Positions 43,038 through 57,801 are shown, counted from the first letter of the stretch. The stretch: DNA of 64,000 nt from Neocallimastix sp. 'constans' (GCA_050613775.1 JBODTK010000012.1:496001-560000); one strand, 5' to 3'. Notes: generated by a model from the sequence alone, not told the origin. Translations and numbers: made by a program.

Positions 43038-43368
43038 CTTTTATTAAAATTAAACTATATATTTGATTTATTTTCAATATCTATTTTTTTTTTTTTTTCT
43101 TTTTTTTTTTTATTTTATTTTATTCTATATTATTATTTATTTATCTATATACTTATATATTTATTTTTTTTTTTTTTCATTTTATTTTATCGCTATAATT
43201 TAAACCGGCATATTTAATAACAACAACATAATAATAATAATAATAATAAAATTTTAAAGCACTTAAAATTTGTAATAATAAAAAAAAAAAAAAAAGATTT
43301 TTTTTTATATAATATTTAACCATATTTATAATAAAAATAATAATAATAATAAAATAAAAAATAAATTT

Positions 43369-43418
<50 letters not shown>

Positions 43419-43529
43419 ATATATATATATTTTTTATATTAATATCATTATATATATATATATTTGTTTTTTATTATTATAGATTGACTAATAAATACAT
43501 ATGTTTATATATATATATATATATATTTA

Positions 43530-43571
<42 letters not shown>

Positions 43572-43749
43572 TAAATAAATAAAAAAAAACTTATAGTTTT
43601 ATACCTTTTTTCCTTATTTTTACATAGATATATTTATATATCTATATCCTATATTTATTATTACTTTACTATTTAAATGATGAACGAACGACGATGATGG
43701 AATGAAAATAGAAAGTGATTATAAAATTTTTTTTTTTTTTTTATTTTTC

Positions 43750-43901
43750 CCCTTAGGAATTATGGGACATTAATCAAACAATTTCAATGTCAAAAATTCA
43801 CACCTCTTGTTTCCATTCTTAAGAAAGAAAAAGTATTTTTCAGATTTTAATAATTAACCGTGGTATATTCACTCATCAAATGTAGGATTAAAGATTATAT
43901 A

Positions 43902-43939
<38 letters not shown>

Positions 43940-44395
43940 TTAAAAAAGAATAAAAGTATTAATTAAAAATTATATTTTAATAATATTTCTAATAACAAAA
44001 TAATTACATAATATAATTAGTACAATTAGTATATTATATTATTATATAATGTTTAAAGATTCAAGATTATTATGTACCAATATTTATTGTAATTAGTATA
44101 TTAGTATACAGTATCATTTATAATACTGTATAGTTTATTTAAGAGTCATCATGTCATAATGACTTCTTTCATCTTTCATAAATATACTTTTATTCAAAAT
44201 TTATTCATGAATAATTAAAAGAATTTCAGATAATACTTTTTCCCATGGAATTATTAGATCAAAACCCGCTTGATTTGATTGTATAAATAAAGAAGAAGGT
44301 ATTAATGTATTAATTTATTTGTCTCTTTTCGTGAATTTTAATATTTATCAAAATAAAAAAAAAAAAAAAACATTAAATGATCCATTTATCTTTCT

Positions 44396-44427
<32 letters not shown>

Positions 44428-44641
44428 CATTGACTTTAAAAAAGCGTATGATTCAATTTCAATTTATAATATATTTACAAAACTTAATAATATTGGTATT
44501 CATGGTAAATACCTTCCAGCTCATTACTAATCTATTCCTTACTTAGAAAAGCAAGCACAAACTTTAATGGTATAAAATTTTCAAAAGAATTTCCAATACA
44601 TTATGATGTTATGATGTTCGTTGGCCAAGGGTGTCCCTTAT

Positions 44642-44677
<36 letters not shown>

Positions 44678-46360
44678 TTTATTTATTAATTTAATATATT
44701 TATTAGTGACAATGCAAAAGATTTGGTGTGATTATTATTACTGAAAGAAATAAGTAGTTTTGGTGGCCTATTTGCTGATGATACCTTTTTAAAAAAAAAA
44801 AGAGTCTCATAGTTGGAGTATCAAGAATGAAATGTCCTTTTTTTAATTAGTAAATGTACCTCAATTGTTGTTAAACCAAAGAACATTATATCTTCAAGAC
44901 ATTGTAAAAAATTCTACTTTTAAGTTTGGCATGAACCATTAACCAAGCGCCTAAACAATATACATATCTTGGAATACCTGTCAATGAATTATTGAATTTA
45001 GAACTAATTACTGCTAAGATGAACAGTAAAATAAAAAATATAAAGTTAATCCTTTCTTTAGATTTTTTACCAATAGGAAATGCACCTTTCTACTTTAAAA
45101 CTGGTATTTTAAGTTCCTTTGTCCTTAGTTCGGTTCTTTTCTAAACACCTTTAATTAGTATCAAATAAAAAAAAAAATGAAACACTGAAAAAGCTCAAAC
45201 TGCTTTTAGTTGAGGTTTATTTTGGAGTTTTTGTATTTAAAAATAAGACTTTCAATACCACTTTTTATAATATGTCTAAGAAACTATTTATACCTCCTAT
45301 AGCTAGTTTTTAAGAAATGGAATGAAGTCTTTTTGTATTTTTGTATTATTTTCTCATTTAGTCAAAATATATATTTTCAACACTTTCATAATACAATACT
45401 TTCATATTATCCATGGACAAAAAATAAAAAAAAAAAAAAAAAAAAATACATAGATTAACAAGATTTAACGATATGCAAACACCATAATAAACTTTTTTGG
45501 AGAAATACGAAAGTTTTACTGGGAAAATAATCATTATTCAAGTACCAATAGGTTAATTGAGATTAGATAAATTAAATACAAGAAGTCTATATATATATAT
45601 ATATTTTTTTTTTTTTTAAAAAAAAAAAAATTTATTCATCAGTCTATCACTAAAATATTTACAATTTTCTCTTGGATATCTTTTTTTTTTTTTTGGATTG
45701 AACAAATTAAATGTGGTGAATTCAAATTTGATGTAAAACCTAATATAAAAAAAAAAAGTAAACTGGTATTAGAAGATTATCCAAAATGATACTCTTGTTA
45801 TGGTGTAAATGGCAATTTTTACACACAAGGATACTTTTTATGTCCTAAATTTGAAGAAGATAGATAGCAATTCATTCAATTCGTTGATGAAATTTTTCAT
45901 AAATATTAATTTTTTATTGTATTGTTCTTTGAACATTCATTGAACATTCCTAATGATAAAGAGGAAGATTTTGATTATAAAGTTAATTTTTAAGTACTGT
46001 ATTTCCTTCTTGGCCGAAATGCAGTAGCACTATATGAAAATTTAAATGATCTTCTCAGAAGAAAGAAGACGATTTATTAATAATATTTTTCAATCACCTT
46101 TCGAGAGAGTCTTCTCTATTTTCCTTATTTTATATTTTGTGGTAGGGGGGTTGCAGAAATTTCTTAATAGTAATACCTATTGTGATTGGACACTTTTACT
46201 TACAACAACGTCTCTGAACAATTTTGTATGCCATTAGACCTACCATTGTTTAAGACCGTCAATATCAAAAAGATAAGGCAAAGAAGAAAATTCTGATAAA
46301 GATTTGAATGATAATTTTTATCCACATGAGTTTTCATTGATAAATGGTGTAGTTTTTCAA
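43750..46360 (+). mobile_element. Heavily decayed non-LTR retrotransposon (LINE) reverse transcriptase and 3' region
   Basis: Remnant RT motifs in the expected order: RGI/SLINVGLKI-like (~43855-43895), QGCPLS (44626-44643), LFADD (~44768-44782), W...NEM...KC, YTYLGIP (44959-44979). Many frameshifts and homopolymer expansions. Confidence 0.8.
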
Positions 46361-46399
46361 TAGTAATGTAATTTTATTATATTAATATATAAAATTTTT

Positions 46400-46510
46400 A
46401 TGTATTTTATTTTGATGTATATTATTTTCATGCATTTTATTTTCATGTATTTTATTTTCATGTATTTTATTTTCATGTATTTTATTTACATGTATTTTAT
46501 TTTCATCTAT
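46400..46510. repeat. 15-bp minisatellite (TGTATTTTATTTTCA)n
   Basis: About 7 tandem copies immediately after the LINE 3' end. Confidence 0.85.
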
Positions 46511-46992
46511 TTTTTTTTTTTTTTTTAATAAATATTATTAAAGTTCATTTCTTGTCTAAAACTATATATATTTCATTAAAAAATCTGAATAGTTAACATT
46601 GTTTTATTCATAATAAATAATTAAATAATTAAAAAATAATAAAATAATTAAATAAAATATTAAATAATTAAATAATTGAACAATTAAAATAAAATTATAA
46701 ATAATAAAATATTTAAATAATATAATTAAATTAATATTTTATTTTATAAACATTAGAAATAAAAATATTTTCACATACGCTTTATATGTATCAGTTAAAT
46801 TAGAAAAATATATTAATATTTACGCAGTTTATTTAATATATTTTTATAATTAACTATTATGAATTATTAATTATTACTACTATTATTATTATTATTAGTA
46901 ATTATTATTAGTAATTATTATTAGTAAATATTATTATTATTAAAACATAAAATAAAAAAAAAAAATTATTAATTTTCAAATTACAATAAAAT

Positions 46993-47032
<40 letters not shown>

Positions 47033-47056
47033 CCAATTAGAATTGACCAAACATTA

Positions 47057-47460
47057 TTAAGAAATATTTCCACAATCCTCTACCCCCAACAAAATATTAA
47101 TCAAGGAAAGAAAGAAGACTCTCTTGAAAAAAGGTGATTGAAAAATATGATTAATTAATAGTTTTCTTTCTCTTCTATTGAGACAATTATCTATAATCTC
47201 ATATAGTGTAGTGCTAACAGCATTTCCATCAAGAAGGAGACTAAGAAAAGAAGACATAGTACATAAAAAAATTAATATAATCATCAAAAATCTTCCTCTT
47301 TATCATCAGGAAGGTTCAAAGAATGTTCAATGATTTCAATGATTTCTCATAAGCAATCAATGAAAAAAAAATTACTATTTATAAAAAATTTCATTAACGA
47401 ATTAAACGAATTATTTCCTATATTTTTCAAATTTATGGCATAAAAGTCTTCTTATGTGCG
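47057..47460 (-). mobile_element. LINE 3' fragment in inverted orientation
   Basis: Reverse complement matches 45830-46170 (e.g. INHIFQSPF..RVF vs INNIFQSPFERVF; CCTGATGATAAAGAGGAAGATTTT vs CCTAATGATAAAGAGGAAGATTTT). Confidence 0.75.
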
Positions 47461-47505
47461 TTAAAGGAACAGTAGAGTGAGTTTCTGAGATTGAAATTGG
47501 TCTAT

Positions 47506-47508
<3 letters not shown>

Positions 47509-47548
<40 letters not shown>

Positions 47549-47990
47549 CAGGGAAGAGAATACACTTCCATAACTTTATTAATTATAACTTTATTAATTT
47601 TATTATAAAAAAATACATGTAGGTGAAAAGTACATTTGAAATTAAAAACAAAAAAATTTAAAAAATAAAAAAATAAAAAAAGCTCAAAAATACTATGTAT
47701 TTCGGCAAGTTGTACTATGCGGGAATTTTTCTCTTCCTAACAAATAAAAAAGAAATAAAATCTAGATGTAACATCTTTAAAATAGATAGTGTGGTGTCCA
47801 CTAAACTCTCCCCGGATTTATCATTTATTGAACTACTAGGGAGAGATTCACCCTTCGTAGAAATAGATGATGATCCTGTATTATCATTATGCCTTTTCAG
47901 TACGACGTCGATGCTCTTGGTTAAGTTTGGTATTTTACAATACCTATCAAATAATAGCTCAAACGAACTACTTATGATATAGGTATATAT
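47509..47990 (-). mobile_element. 5'-truncated LINE insertion with poly(A) tail and 13-bp TSD
   Basis: Poly(T) at 47509-47544; flanked by ATTGGTCTATTGA (47496-47508 and 47991-48003). Reverse complement shares CAAGAGC.TCGAC...AAGGCA and TGATAAAT..G.AGAGTT with the LINE 3' end at 57.55-57.67 kb. Confidence 0.7.
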
Positions 47991-48082
47991 ATTGGTCTAT
48001 TGAAATATTTTTTTTCCAGCAATTTAATGAGATAAAAACTCAAAGAAATGGAGCTCTTAATCAAAAATAGTAATAAAAAGAA

Positions 48083-48128
<46 letters not shown>

Positions 48129-48653
48129 CAGGGAAGAGAATACACTTCCATAACTTTATTAATTTTATTATAAAAAAATACATGTAGGTGAAAAGTACAT
48201 TTGAAATTAAAAAATAAAAAAATTTAAAAAATAAAAAAAAATAAAAAAGCTCAAAAATACTATGTATTTCGGCAAGTTGTACTATGCGGGAATTTTTCTC
48301 TTCCTAACAAATAAAAAAGAAATAAAACCTAGATGTAACATCTTTAAAATAGATAGTGTGGTGTCCACTAAACTCTCCCCGGATTTATCATTTATTGAAC
48401 TACTAGGGCGAGATTCACCCTTCGTAGAAATAGATGATGATCCTGTATTATCATTATGCCTTATCAGTACGACGTCGATGCTCTTGGTTAAGTTTGGTAT
48501 TTTACAATACCTATCAAATAATAGCTCAAACGAACTACTTATGATATAGGTATATATATTGGTCTATTGAAATATTTTTTTTCCAGCAATTTAATGAGAT
48601 AAAAACTCAAAGAAATGGAGCTCTTAATCAAAAATAGTAATAAAAAGAAAAAA
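47509..48653. repeat. Tandem duplication of ~570 bp (47509-48086 and 48087-48653)
   Basis: Two near-identical copies differing by a few substitutions and small indels. Explains the twin 95-aa ORFs. Confidence 0.95.
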
Positions 48654-49001
48654 GAACTATCCATTCCCATAAATAAGTAAAAATAAAATAAAATTAAATG
48701 AAATAAAAAAAAAAATAAAATAATATTAAAAAAAAAAAATTATTTCTATTTTTATTTTTATATATTTATATTTGTTTTATTTAATTATATTATATTATAT
48801 TATATATTATATATTATATATTATATATTATATTATGTTATATTATGTTATGTTTTATTGTATTTTTTATTTCTATTATTTTTATTGTTATTTTTTTATT
48901 TTATAAAAAAAAGATGTCAAAGGAAGGCTTTTTCTTTTTTGAAATATATATATATATAGTCATTTTAAAATTCACTTATTTCGTTTTAAAGAAATAAGTA
49001 A

Positions 49002-49036
<35 letters not shown>

Positions 49037-50237
49037 TATATATGTATTATTATTAATATATAATTTTTATTGAATATATTAATTTTTTTCTTTTTCTTTT
49101 TTTTAATTATTTATTACGTTTTATTAATTATAATTATATAATCAATATTGAATGTATTTTAATCGAAATGATAATATATTATACTGATATATATAACTAT
49201 AATTTATATATATATATATATATTTATTAATTTTTTTAATTAAATTTATGGTTATTTTTACTATCTTTCACTTTTTTTCTTTCTTTTTCTTATTTTTGTT
49301 TTTGTTTATTTTTTTTTTGGTTTTTAAAAAATTTTTAAATAATTCAATCTATTTTAATGACAGAACTATTTAATTTTTAAAAATAATAAATTAAAAAAAA
49401 ATATATTAATATTAAATTAAAAAGAAAATAATAGTTTAAAAATAACTGAATTAAATACAGTACTTAATCTCTATTATATATTATTATAATAATACTTCAA
49501 TAAATACTGTGGTAATATATCTATTATTATATGAAATAATATATATATATAAATAAAAATTAAAAAACTTTTAATTATTATTTTTCTCTTATTCTTTTAA
49601 ATCATAAATATAATTTCAAAGAAAAAAAAAAAATAAAAAATTAATTAGTTATTTACATTATAAATATATATACATATCAATTCATCTATATAATTCTTTA
49701 TATATATATAGAATATAAATTGTATTATTTTTTTTATTATTATTTTTATTAAAAAATTATTCTGTCATTAATAAAATATTGATTTTTTTAAATTAATTGA
49801 AATTATCAAAAATTTTAAAGTATATATACAAAATTTAGAATAGGTGTAATTTTTCCTATTTTCCTATTTTTTTTTTTTTTTTACTTTCTTAAATAAAAAA
49901 AAAAAAAAAAAAATGATTTGTTAAACAGTTATTTTAATTTAAAAATTATAATAGTTGGTTAAATTGGATTAAAAAAAAAGTTGTTGATAAATTTTAATTT
50001 TAAATTTAACCCTTTAATGAAAATGAATGATAGCTTTTTATTATTACACAATTTTTGGTATTTTTTTTTTTTTTTTTTTTTTTTTGATTTTGCATTTTTG
50101 CTTTTGATTTTGTATGTTTTTGTTTTTGTTTTTTGACTTTTTTTTTTTAATTTAGTTTTTTCATTTATAAATATTTTAAATTTATTTAAATATTTCTATT
50201 TTATTATTTTTATTATATATATAATTAATAATAATAA

Positions 50238-51134
50238 TTAGTCAACAAGTAGACTTTAATTTTTTTATTTCAATTTCTATTTTTTTTTTTATCAATTATT
50301 AAATTTATTATTTTTTTTACCTAGAATTAAAATCAAAATTATTTGAGGTATAATTAAAGTTTCTTGAAATATATCTTTCTCTTTTGTTGTGACCCCCATT
50401 ATCTTGACTATAATAGGCAACAGAAGAACGATTAGAATTCTGAACTAAGGTATAATTTCTTGATGGTACTAATACATCAGCTATATCACTCTTTTGTAAA
50501 GTTACACGGTTATACTGATCACTATCAATAACAGTAGAGTTACGAATAGGACTACCATTTATATCTCTTCTATTAACATTCGCCGGTATAACTGAGGTAC
50601 TTACTGGTCTTGGAAGAGGTCTTGTATTATTTCTTGCAATATTTCTTATATTAACTATTATTATTAATATTTAAATAAATAAAATATAATAAAAAAAAAA
50701 AAAAGAATAATAATATTAAATAAAAATTTTATTAATTCTTATACCCGATAAATAATTTTTAAATATTTTTATTTAAAATAATAACCCTTTTTTAAATTTT
50801 ATAACATTTAATATTTAATTTCAACTAACTTCTTTTTTTTTTTTTTTTTTTTTTTTTTGTTAATAAGTATAATTATATATATATTTTTACCTGGATCTTC
50901 TCTTGGTTCTTGATAAACTACATTATTCTTAATTGGAGGCATCTTATATGTAGTATCAAGTTCCCTATTATGATAAAAGTTTTCAGAGTAGTTATCTACG
51001 CGATCTCTTTCATATTGTTGACGTTCAATAACCCATTCAGGTGAACAAGAGTTCTTAACTCTTCTCTTAGTGTATTTACCTAATTTCCATTGAGTGTAAG
51101 CATATGAACCCTTAATCTTTGATTTTATACCCAT
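50238..51134 (-). CDS. Small basic hypothetical protein, 2-3 exons
   Basis: Exon 51134-50891 (MGIKSKIKGSYAYTQWKLGKYTKRR...) and exon 50654-50321 join in frame. It ends either at TAA 50317-50319 or via a 67-nt intron into 50253-50238 (SLLVD*). Confidence 0.75.
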
Positions 51135-54100
51135 TTTTCTCTGTAAATATAAATATGTTTATAAATTATATAAAAACATGGATAATATATTATAGAAGAT
51201 TTGAATTTATATATATATAATATATCTGTTAATATACTTATGTATTCAATAATACTCAATTTATATTATTTTTTTAAATAATCAAGAATTCTATATATTA
51301 TTATTCTACGAATTAATTTAAATATCATTTTATATTATATATAATTGCTTCAATTCCATTTGAAAATTTAATGTATATTTTTATTTATATTTATTAAAAT
51401 CATTACTACAATGTGTATTATTAAGTTTTGTATTTTATAATTAAAATTGTAAATAATAACAATTCATTATAATTTATTTATTTATTTATTTATTTGATGA
51501 GTTTGTTTTTCTTTTCTATTAATAATACTATTATTCAATTATATAAAAATTAATTCAATTAATATTCAAACCTACATATAACTTTAATTTTAAATTAATT
51601 TATAAACTCTAAAAAATATTCTCTTCCTTTTTTATTTTATAATTGTAGAGTTTCAAAAAAAAAAATTTATTTTTTATTTAAAATTATTATGAGAAAATTT
51701 AATCCTTTTATATAAAATTGTTTAATATAAATAAATCAATAAATTAAAAAATAAATAATTATTTTATAATAAAATAAATAAATAATTTATAATAAAATAA
51801 ATAAATAATTTATAATAAAATAAATATATAAAATATTATAAAATAAATAAATAAAAAAGTTTCATTTATTAAAAGTTTTAATATATTTAATATGTATATA
51901 GAATAAATAAATAATAAATAAACTTTTATTATTCTTTATAGTATATGATATATATAATTAATTCAAAATATATTTTATAATGATATATATATAATTATTT
52001 TATTCAAATAATAGTTTAACAATATATTATTATCTTATTCGTATTAATTTTTTATTTTAATTAAAAAAAAATGTAAATAATCTTTTAATATGTTAAATTT
52101 ACATTTACATTATTCAAAAACCTTATTTTTTATTTTTTTTTTTATTTAATCTTATTCTTTTTTCCTCTTTAATATTTTATATATTATATTTTATATATTA
52201 TATTCAATTGTTATATCATAGCTAGTTAATATATTTTAAAGTGTATTATTAATCTATATAACAATAGATAGGTAGGTTAATAGTTCATATATAACTATAA
52301 ATTGTAATATATTATTATTTAACTAATTATCTTTTTCATTTCATTTTCTTCTTTCTTTTAATACGTAAAGAATTACATTAAATTTTTATTAATTACATTT
52401 ACTATTATGTATTTAATTTTTTTTTTTTACTTTCTCCAACGCCCTTTTTTTTTTATATTTAAATAAAATTTCGTTTTAAATTTATTTATTTATTTCACAT
52501 ATATTGTAATTATTTTTTAATATATTACTATATTATTTAATTAAATTTATTAAACCTATTAATATACAATATAACATATAATTATATTGAATACAATAAA
52601 ATGAAACTGAATATTATATACATAATATATAATATATCAAATAATATCTAATATATAATAAAATAATATAATTTATATTATACTATATTAAATAAAGTAT
52701 CAATCATGCCAAAAAATAAGTAAATGAATAAAACTTTTAATTTTTTTAATTAAAATGGTGTTTAATTAAAAGAAAAAATAAATATTATAGTATTAAATAT
52801 TATATATTAAATAATAAATAATAAATAATAAATAATAAATAATAAATAATAAATAATAATATTAAATAATAATATTAAATAATAATATTAAATATAAAAT
52901 AAAAAAATAAATATAAAAAAAAAAATATAATATTAAATATAAAATAAAAAAATAAATATAAAAAAAAAATATAACTAAAATTATAAATTAATAATAAAAA
53001 TAAAATTATAATTATTTTTTTTAATAATTTTATTAATTAAAAGTAAATGTTATAATAAATAATTATCATGGAATAGAAAAACTTTTATCATCCATTATTT
53101 CTAACTTTTAAATTATTATTATTATTATTATTATTATTAGTAGTAGTAGTAGTAGTAGTAATAGTAATTATTTTTTTCAATTGAATGAAAAGATTTTCTG
53201 TTTGTCATGGAGAAGAGGTAAGAATGAAATTTTGATTCAGTAGTGAATATATCATTAAACCATACACTTATTAAATAAAAAGAAAAAATCATTTTTAATT
53301 TTTATCGTACTATTTAATAATGATAATTTATAACAAATAGATACAAATTTTGAAAAAAAAAAAATAAATAAAAAAAAATAAAGATAAAATGAATATAATG
53401 GTTATGATGTTCATAGTAATGAATAAATAAAATAATCATTATCATATAGATTAAAACAGAAAATGAGCAGTCAAAAAGATTTATTATCATTTGTTATTCT
53501 TATTAATAATTTTATAAGAAGTCATTATTTTATTTAATTTTAGAATATTAAATTTTAATTTGTATTAATTTATATACTTTTATTTTTTATCATTCTAAAA
53601 TTATATATTTATATATATTATATATATTATATATATAAATATTTTTTTTTTATTTTTAAAAAAGTATAGATTTTTATTAAAAAAAAAAAAAAAAAAAAAA
53701 AAGTAATGTTATCCTTACACATAAATTTTAGTGAATGTAAATTCTCTTTCTTATTAATTTTATTAAGGTTAATAGAAACAACCTTCGTTATTAAAAAATT
53801 GACATCAATCCCTTTTAACAATAGATCTGTTGTTGACAATTGTTCCTCTTCTTCGCTTCACAGGAACAACATTTTCCTTATTATGCCATATAGGTATTTG
53901 GTTATTCCTTAGAGCTCTCTTTTTTTTTTTTTAATTATTATTATTATTATTATTATTATTATTTATTAATAACAACATTATATTTAGGGAAATAATTTTT
54001 ATGTAATTATTTTAATAATATATCATTTGTAGTTTGATATTAATTTAATTATTATCTATAATTGAAAGGGTTTATTCAATTTTATAATATTTATTTATTT

Positions 54101-57059
54101 AGTATATACTTTATTAATTATTAATTATTATTTATTTATTTATTATTTATATATTCATTTATTTAATAGTAACAATTACTAATTAAAACATTGGTATTGT
54201 TCTTCAATATTATAATTATATTAATTTAAAGTTTTAAACTGTTGATATTAAATTTTTTTAGTTTTAATATCAATTTATATTTATTTATTTATATTTATTT
54301 ATTTATATTTATTTATTATATATTTATTGATTGAAAAGGTTCATAAATTAAATTATAAAAAGATTATTATATTAATAATATTATTAATTTTATTTACACA
54401 TTTATATATATATTTATTTATATTTATTTATATTTATATATTTATTTATATTTATACATTTATATTTATATATTTATTTATATAGATTCTTATTTTTTTA
54501 TATTCTTATTTTATATATTCTTATTTTATATATTTAAATATCCATATATAATAAAAAAAAAAGAAGATAAATTTTAATTAATTAAATTAATTCATTAATT
54601 GATAATACTTCTCCTTTCCATGACTGAACCAAACTTTATTTAATAATTTTTTGGGTGTTACAATCAATTTTCAATATAGAATAAAATTTACCATAATATA
54701 ATTTAACTATATTTTCTATTATATTAACTAAATAAGTGAATATTAAAAAAAAAAAAAAGAAAAGAAAACATAAAATAAAATAAAAAAAATAAAAAGAAAA
54801 CTTTATTTTATATATAATTTCCATTTACAATAATTAAAAATTTAAAAATTAAATAAAACTAAAAAAAACCTTTTAATTTTTAAATAAGATAAATTAAAAT
54901 AAAAATAAAATATTGAATTCTCTATATATTATTGAGTATTCTGTAATATATTATTGGATCCCATCAATATAAATGTTAAATAAAAAAGTGGAGATTAATT
55001 TGGATGGTAAATTTTATTTTAAATTTATTTACTAAGAAAGTTTCCTAATAACAAAAAAAAAAATAAAAAAATTAAAAAAAAAAATAAGAAAATAAATAAT
55101 GAAAATGAATAAATTAATATATAAATAAATGAATAAATATATAATAAATTAAATAAATACATAAATAGCTTCTTTTATAAATTGTTTTATAGAAGGAAAG
55201 ACCATAGAGAAGAAAGAGAATTAGAAATAATAAAATAAAATAAAAAATATATATATATATAATGAAATTATAATAATAATAGCTTAAAAGAGGGTAAGAA
55301 ATATTTTTTTTTTCTTAGATTTATAATTTTAATTGATAGTAAAATTAAAGGGCATTCTAATGTCATTAATATAAGGTTATAATAATTGAAAAATTATATA
55401 TAATAAGAAAAATAATATTATAAAAGTAACTAAATAAAATTAAAAATGAAATTTATATATATATATTTATTATTTATTAATATTTATTATTATCATTTAT
55501 TATACATTATTCTTCTTCTTCTTATTATTATTATCAATTATTATTATTATTTACTTCTACTACTACTATTATTATTATTATTATTACTATCATTAATTAT
55601 TATTTATTATTATTACTATAATTAATATTACTATTATTATTATTTATTAATTATTATTATTATATTACTATTTATTTTTTATTTATTATATATAATTATT
55701 AAAGAAAAAAATTTTTTTTTTTTTTTTCTAATTGATAATAACGATTACTAATTTTTATTTTATTTTACTTTTCTTTTTTTTTTTTATTTTTACTTTTTCA
55801 AATATTTCAGGAGGTAAAAAAAATAACATAAAAATGAATTTTCCAAATTTTATTTTTATTTTTGTTTTTATTTTTGTATTTTTTTTTTAAATTTTTTTTT
55901 TAAAAAAAAAACTAATATATATACAAAATATATACATTTAACTACATTAAATGATACGAGCCATTTGTTTATTCATAATACATTTATTTCTATAGTTAAT
56001 GTTGATACCATTGTGTGTAAATATCTATTTATAAGCCATATCACATATTTATTGATATATATAATATATACAATAAATATAATTTATAATTTGTAGATTA
56101 AAATACATTAAATTACTTAAAAAACATTTCAAATATTGTTTGAAAAAAAAAAAAAAATTAAAAAAATTAAAACTTTTTGTAAATTAAAAAAAAAAAAAAT
56201 AAAAAAAATGTTACACTTAATATCTATTTTTGTATTTTTTTTTTTTTTTTTTATTATTGTTAAGAGTCAGGGAATTTATGATTTATAATTACGTCAATTT
56301 TATTAATACATTTTTTTAATTATACTACATTAAAATGTTTTTTATATTAATACATTGTGGCTTATATATTTAAAATATATAATAATACGTTTCAATACAT
56401 TTGAAACATTTATTTTTCATATATTTTACATTCTAATATTTCCCCTTAAACCTCAATTACTCTATAATGAATAAATTGATTTACTGGTTGAATATGTCTA
56501 TATAAATTTATCCTGTTTTATAATATTAACTTGATATTATTAAACTATTAGTTATTTCTATTCTAAGTTGAATTTTAATAATACATGAATAAAATAATTT
56601 TTATATTATATTAATATCTTTTAATTCAATTAAAATATTATTAAAATAATTTCTTAAATAAATAATTACCCTCCAAAATTATGTATTTAATATTATTGCA
56701 CCATTAATATTAAATATATCTAAAAACATATCTTATAATATATGGTTTATATATACCATTTATTTGATGGAAACCTTTCTTTTTAAAGGGTGATACTATA
56801 TCATCTCAATTTGTGTGAATACCTCTTTATATATTGGGTTTTATATCACTTTCAATTTTAATCCGCTTTGAAGATTAGTGCTAATTTTTTTTTATAATAT
56901 ATTCACTTTGTAGTTTGAGCAATAACTATTAAATATAAAATTTATTAATTATTCATTGGTGTACTTGATAAAAATCTTGGGATATTAAAATTGATTACAT
57001 TACGTTTATAATTAATTATATTATTTACGAGGAATTCAAATTTGGTTTGTTTTAAAAAA

Positions 57060-57690
57060 TTTATTCAATGGTCTATCACTGAAATATTTACAATTTTCGC
57101 ATTGTTTTTTCCTTTTTTTTTTTGGATTGGACAAATTAAATGTGTAGATTCAAATTTGATGTACCTAATTTTACACATCAGATACTTTTATGTCTTAAAT
57201 TTATTGTAATTTGTTGATGAGATTTTTTTTTTTATTAATTATTCTCTGATTTGATCATGAGAAATCATTGAATATTTATTGAACATTCTTAATGAAGCAA
57301 AGAGGAAAATTTTAATGATAATAATAATTTTTACATACTGTGTCCCGTTCTTGGTGGATAGTCAGTATCTGTATATGAAATCTTACAAGATCGGTTAGGC
57401 CTTTTATTAATGATATCTTTTAAATCCTCTTTGAGAGAGTCTTCTTTCCCTGATTTTATATTTTGTGGGACTTGCGAAAATTCCTTACTTAATGTTATGG
57501 ATATTGTGATTAGTGATTTTTACATTATGAACAATTTATATACCATTTAGACCTTCCGTTGTCAAGAGCGTCGACATTGAAACGATAAGGCAAAGAAGAA
57601 ATTCTAATTCAGATTCTGATGATATATTTTATTCACATGGGGTTATCATTGATAAATGGGAAGAGTTAGAGGTCATTTCTTCCTCGAAAC
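57060..57690 (+). mobile_element. LINE 3' fragment, same family as 45630-46350
   Basis: Colinear similarity, e.g. GTCTATCACT.AAATATTTACAATTTTC, ACAAATTAAATGTG, GATAAGGCAAAGAAGAAA, CACATG.G.T.TCATTGATAAATGG. Confidence 0.85.
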
Positions 57691-57801
57691 TCATAACATA
57701 GTTTTTTAATATTAATTTAAAAAATTTATTTAGTTAAAGTAAAGGTTTATTTAATTCAAAATGTAATTATTCAATTTTATAATTTATTATAGTAATTTTA
57801 T

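Noticed and set aside
47695..48549. Twin 95-aa plus-strand ORFs as duplicated genes
   Set aside because: They are antisense to a LINE 3' fragment in the tandem duplication.
53706..53915. Short higher-GC patch with small ORFs on both strands
   Set aside because: No recognisable motif or splice structure; probably an unidentifiable relic.
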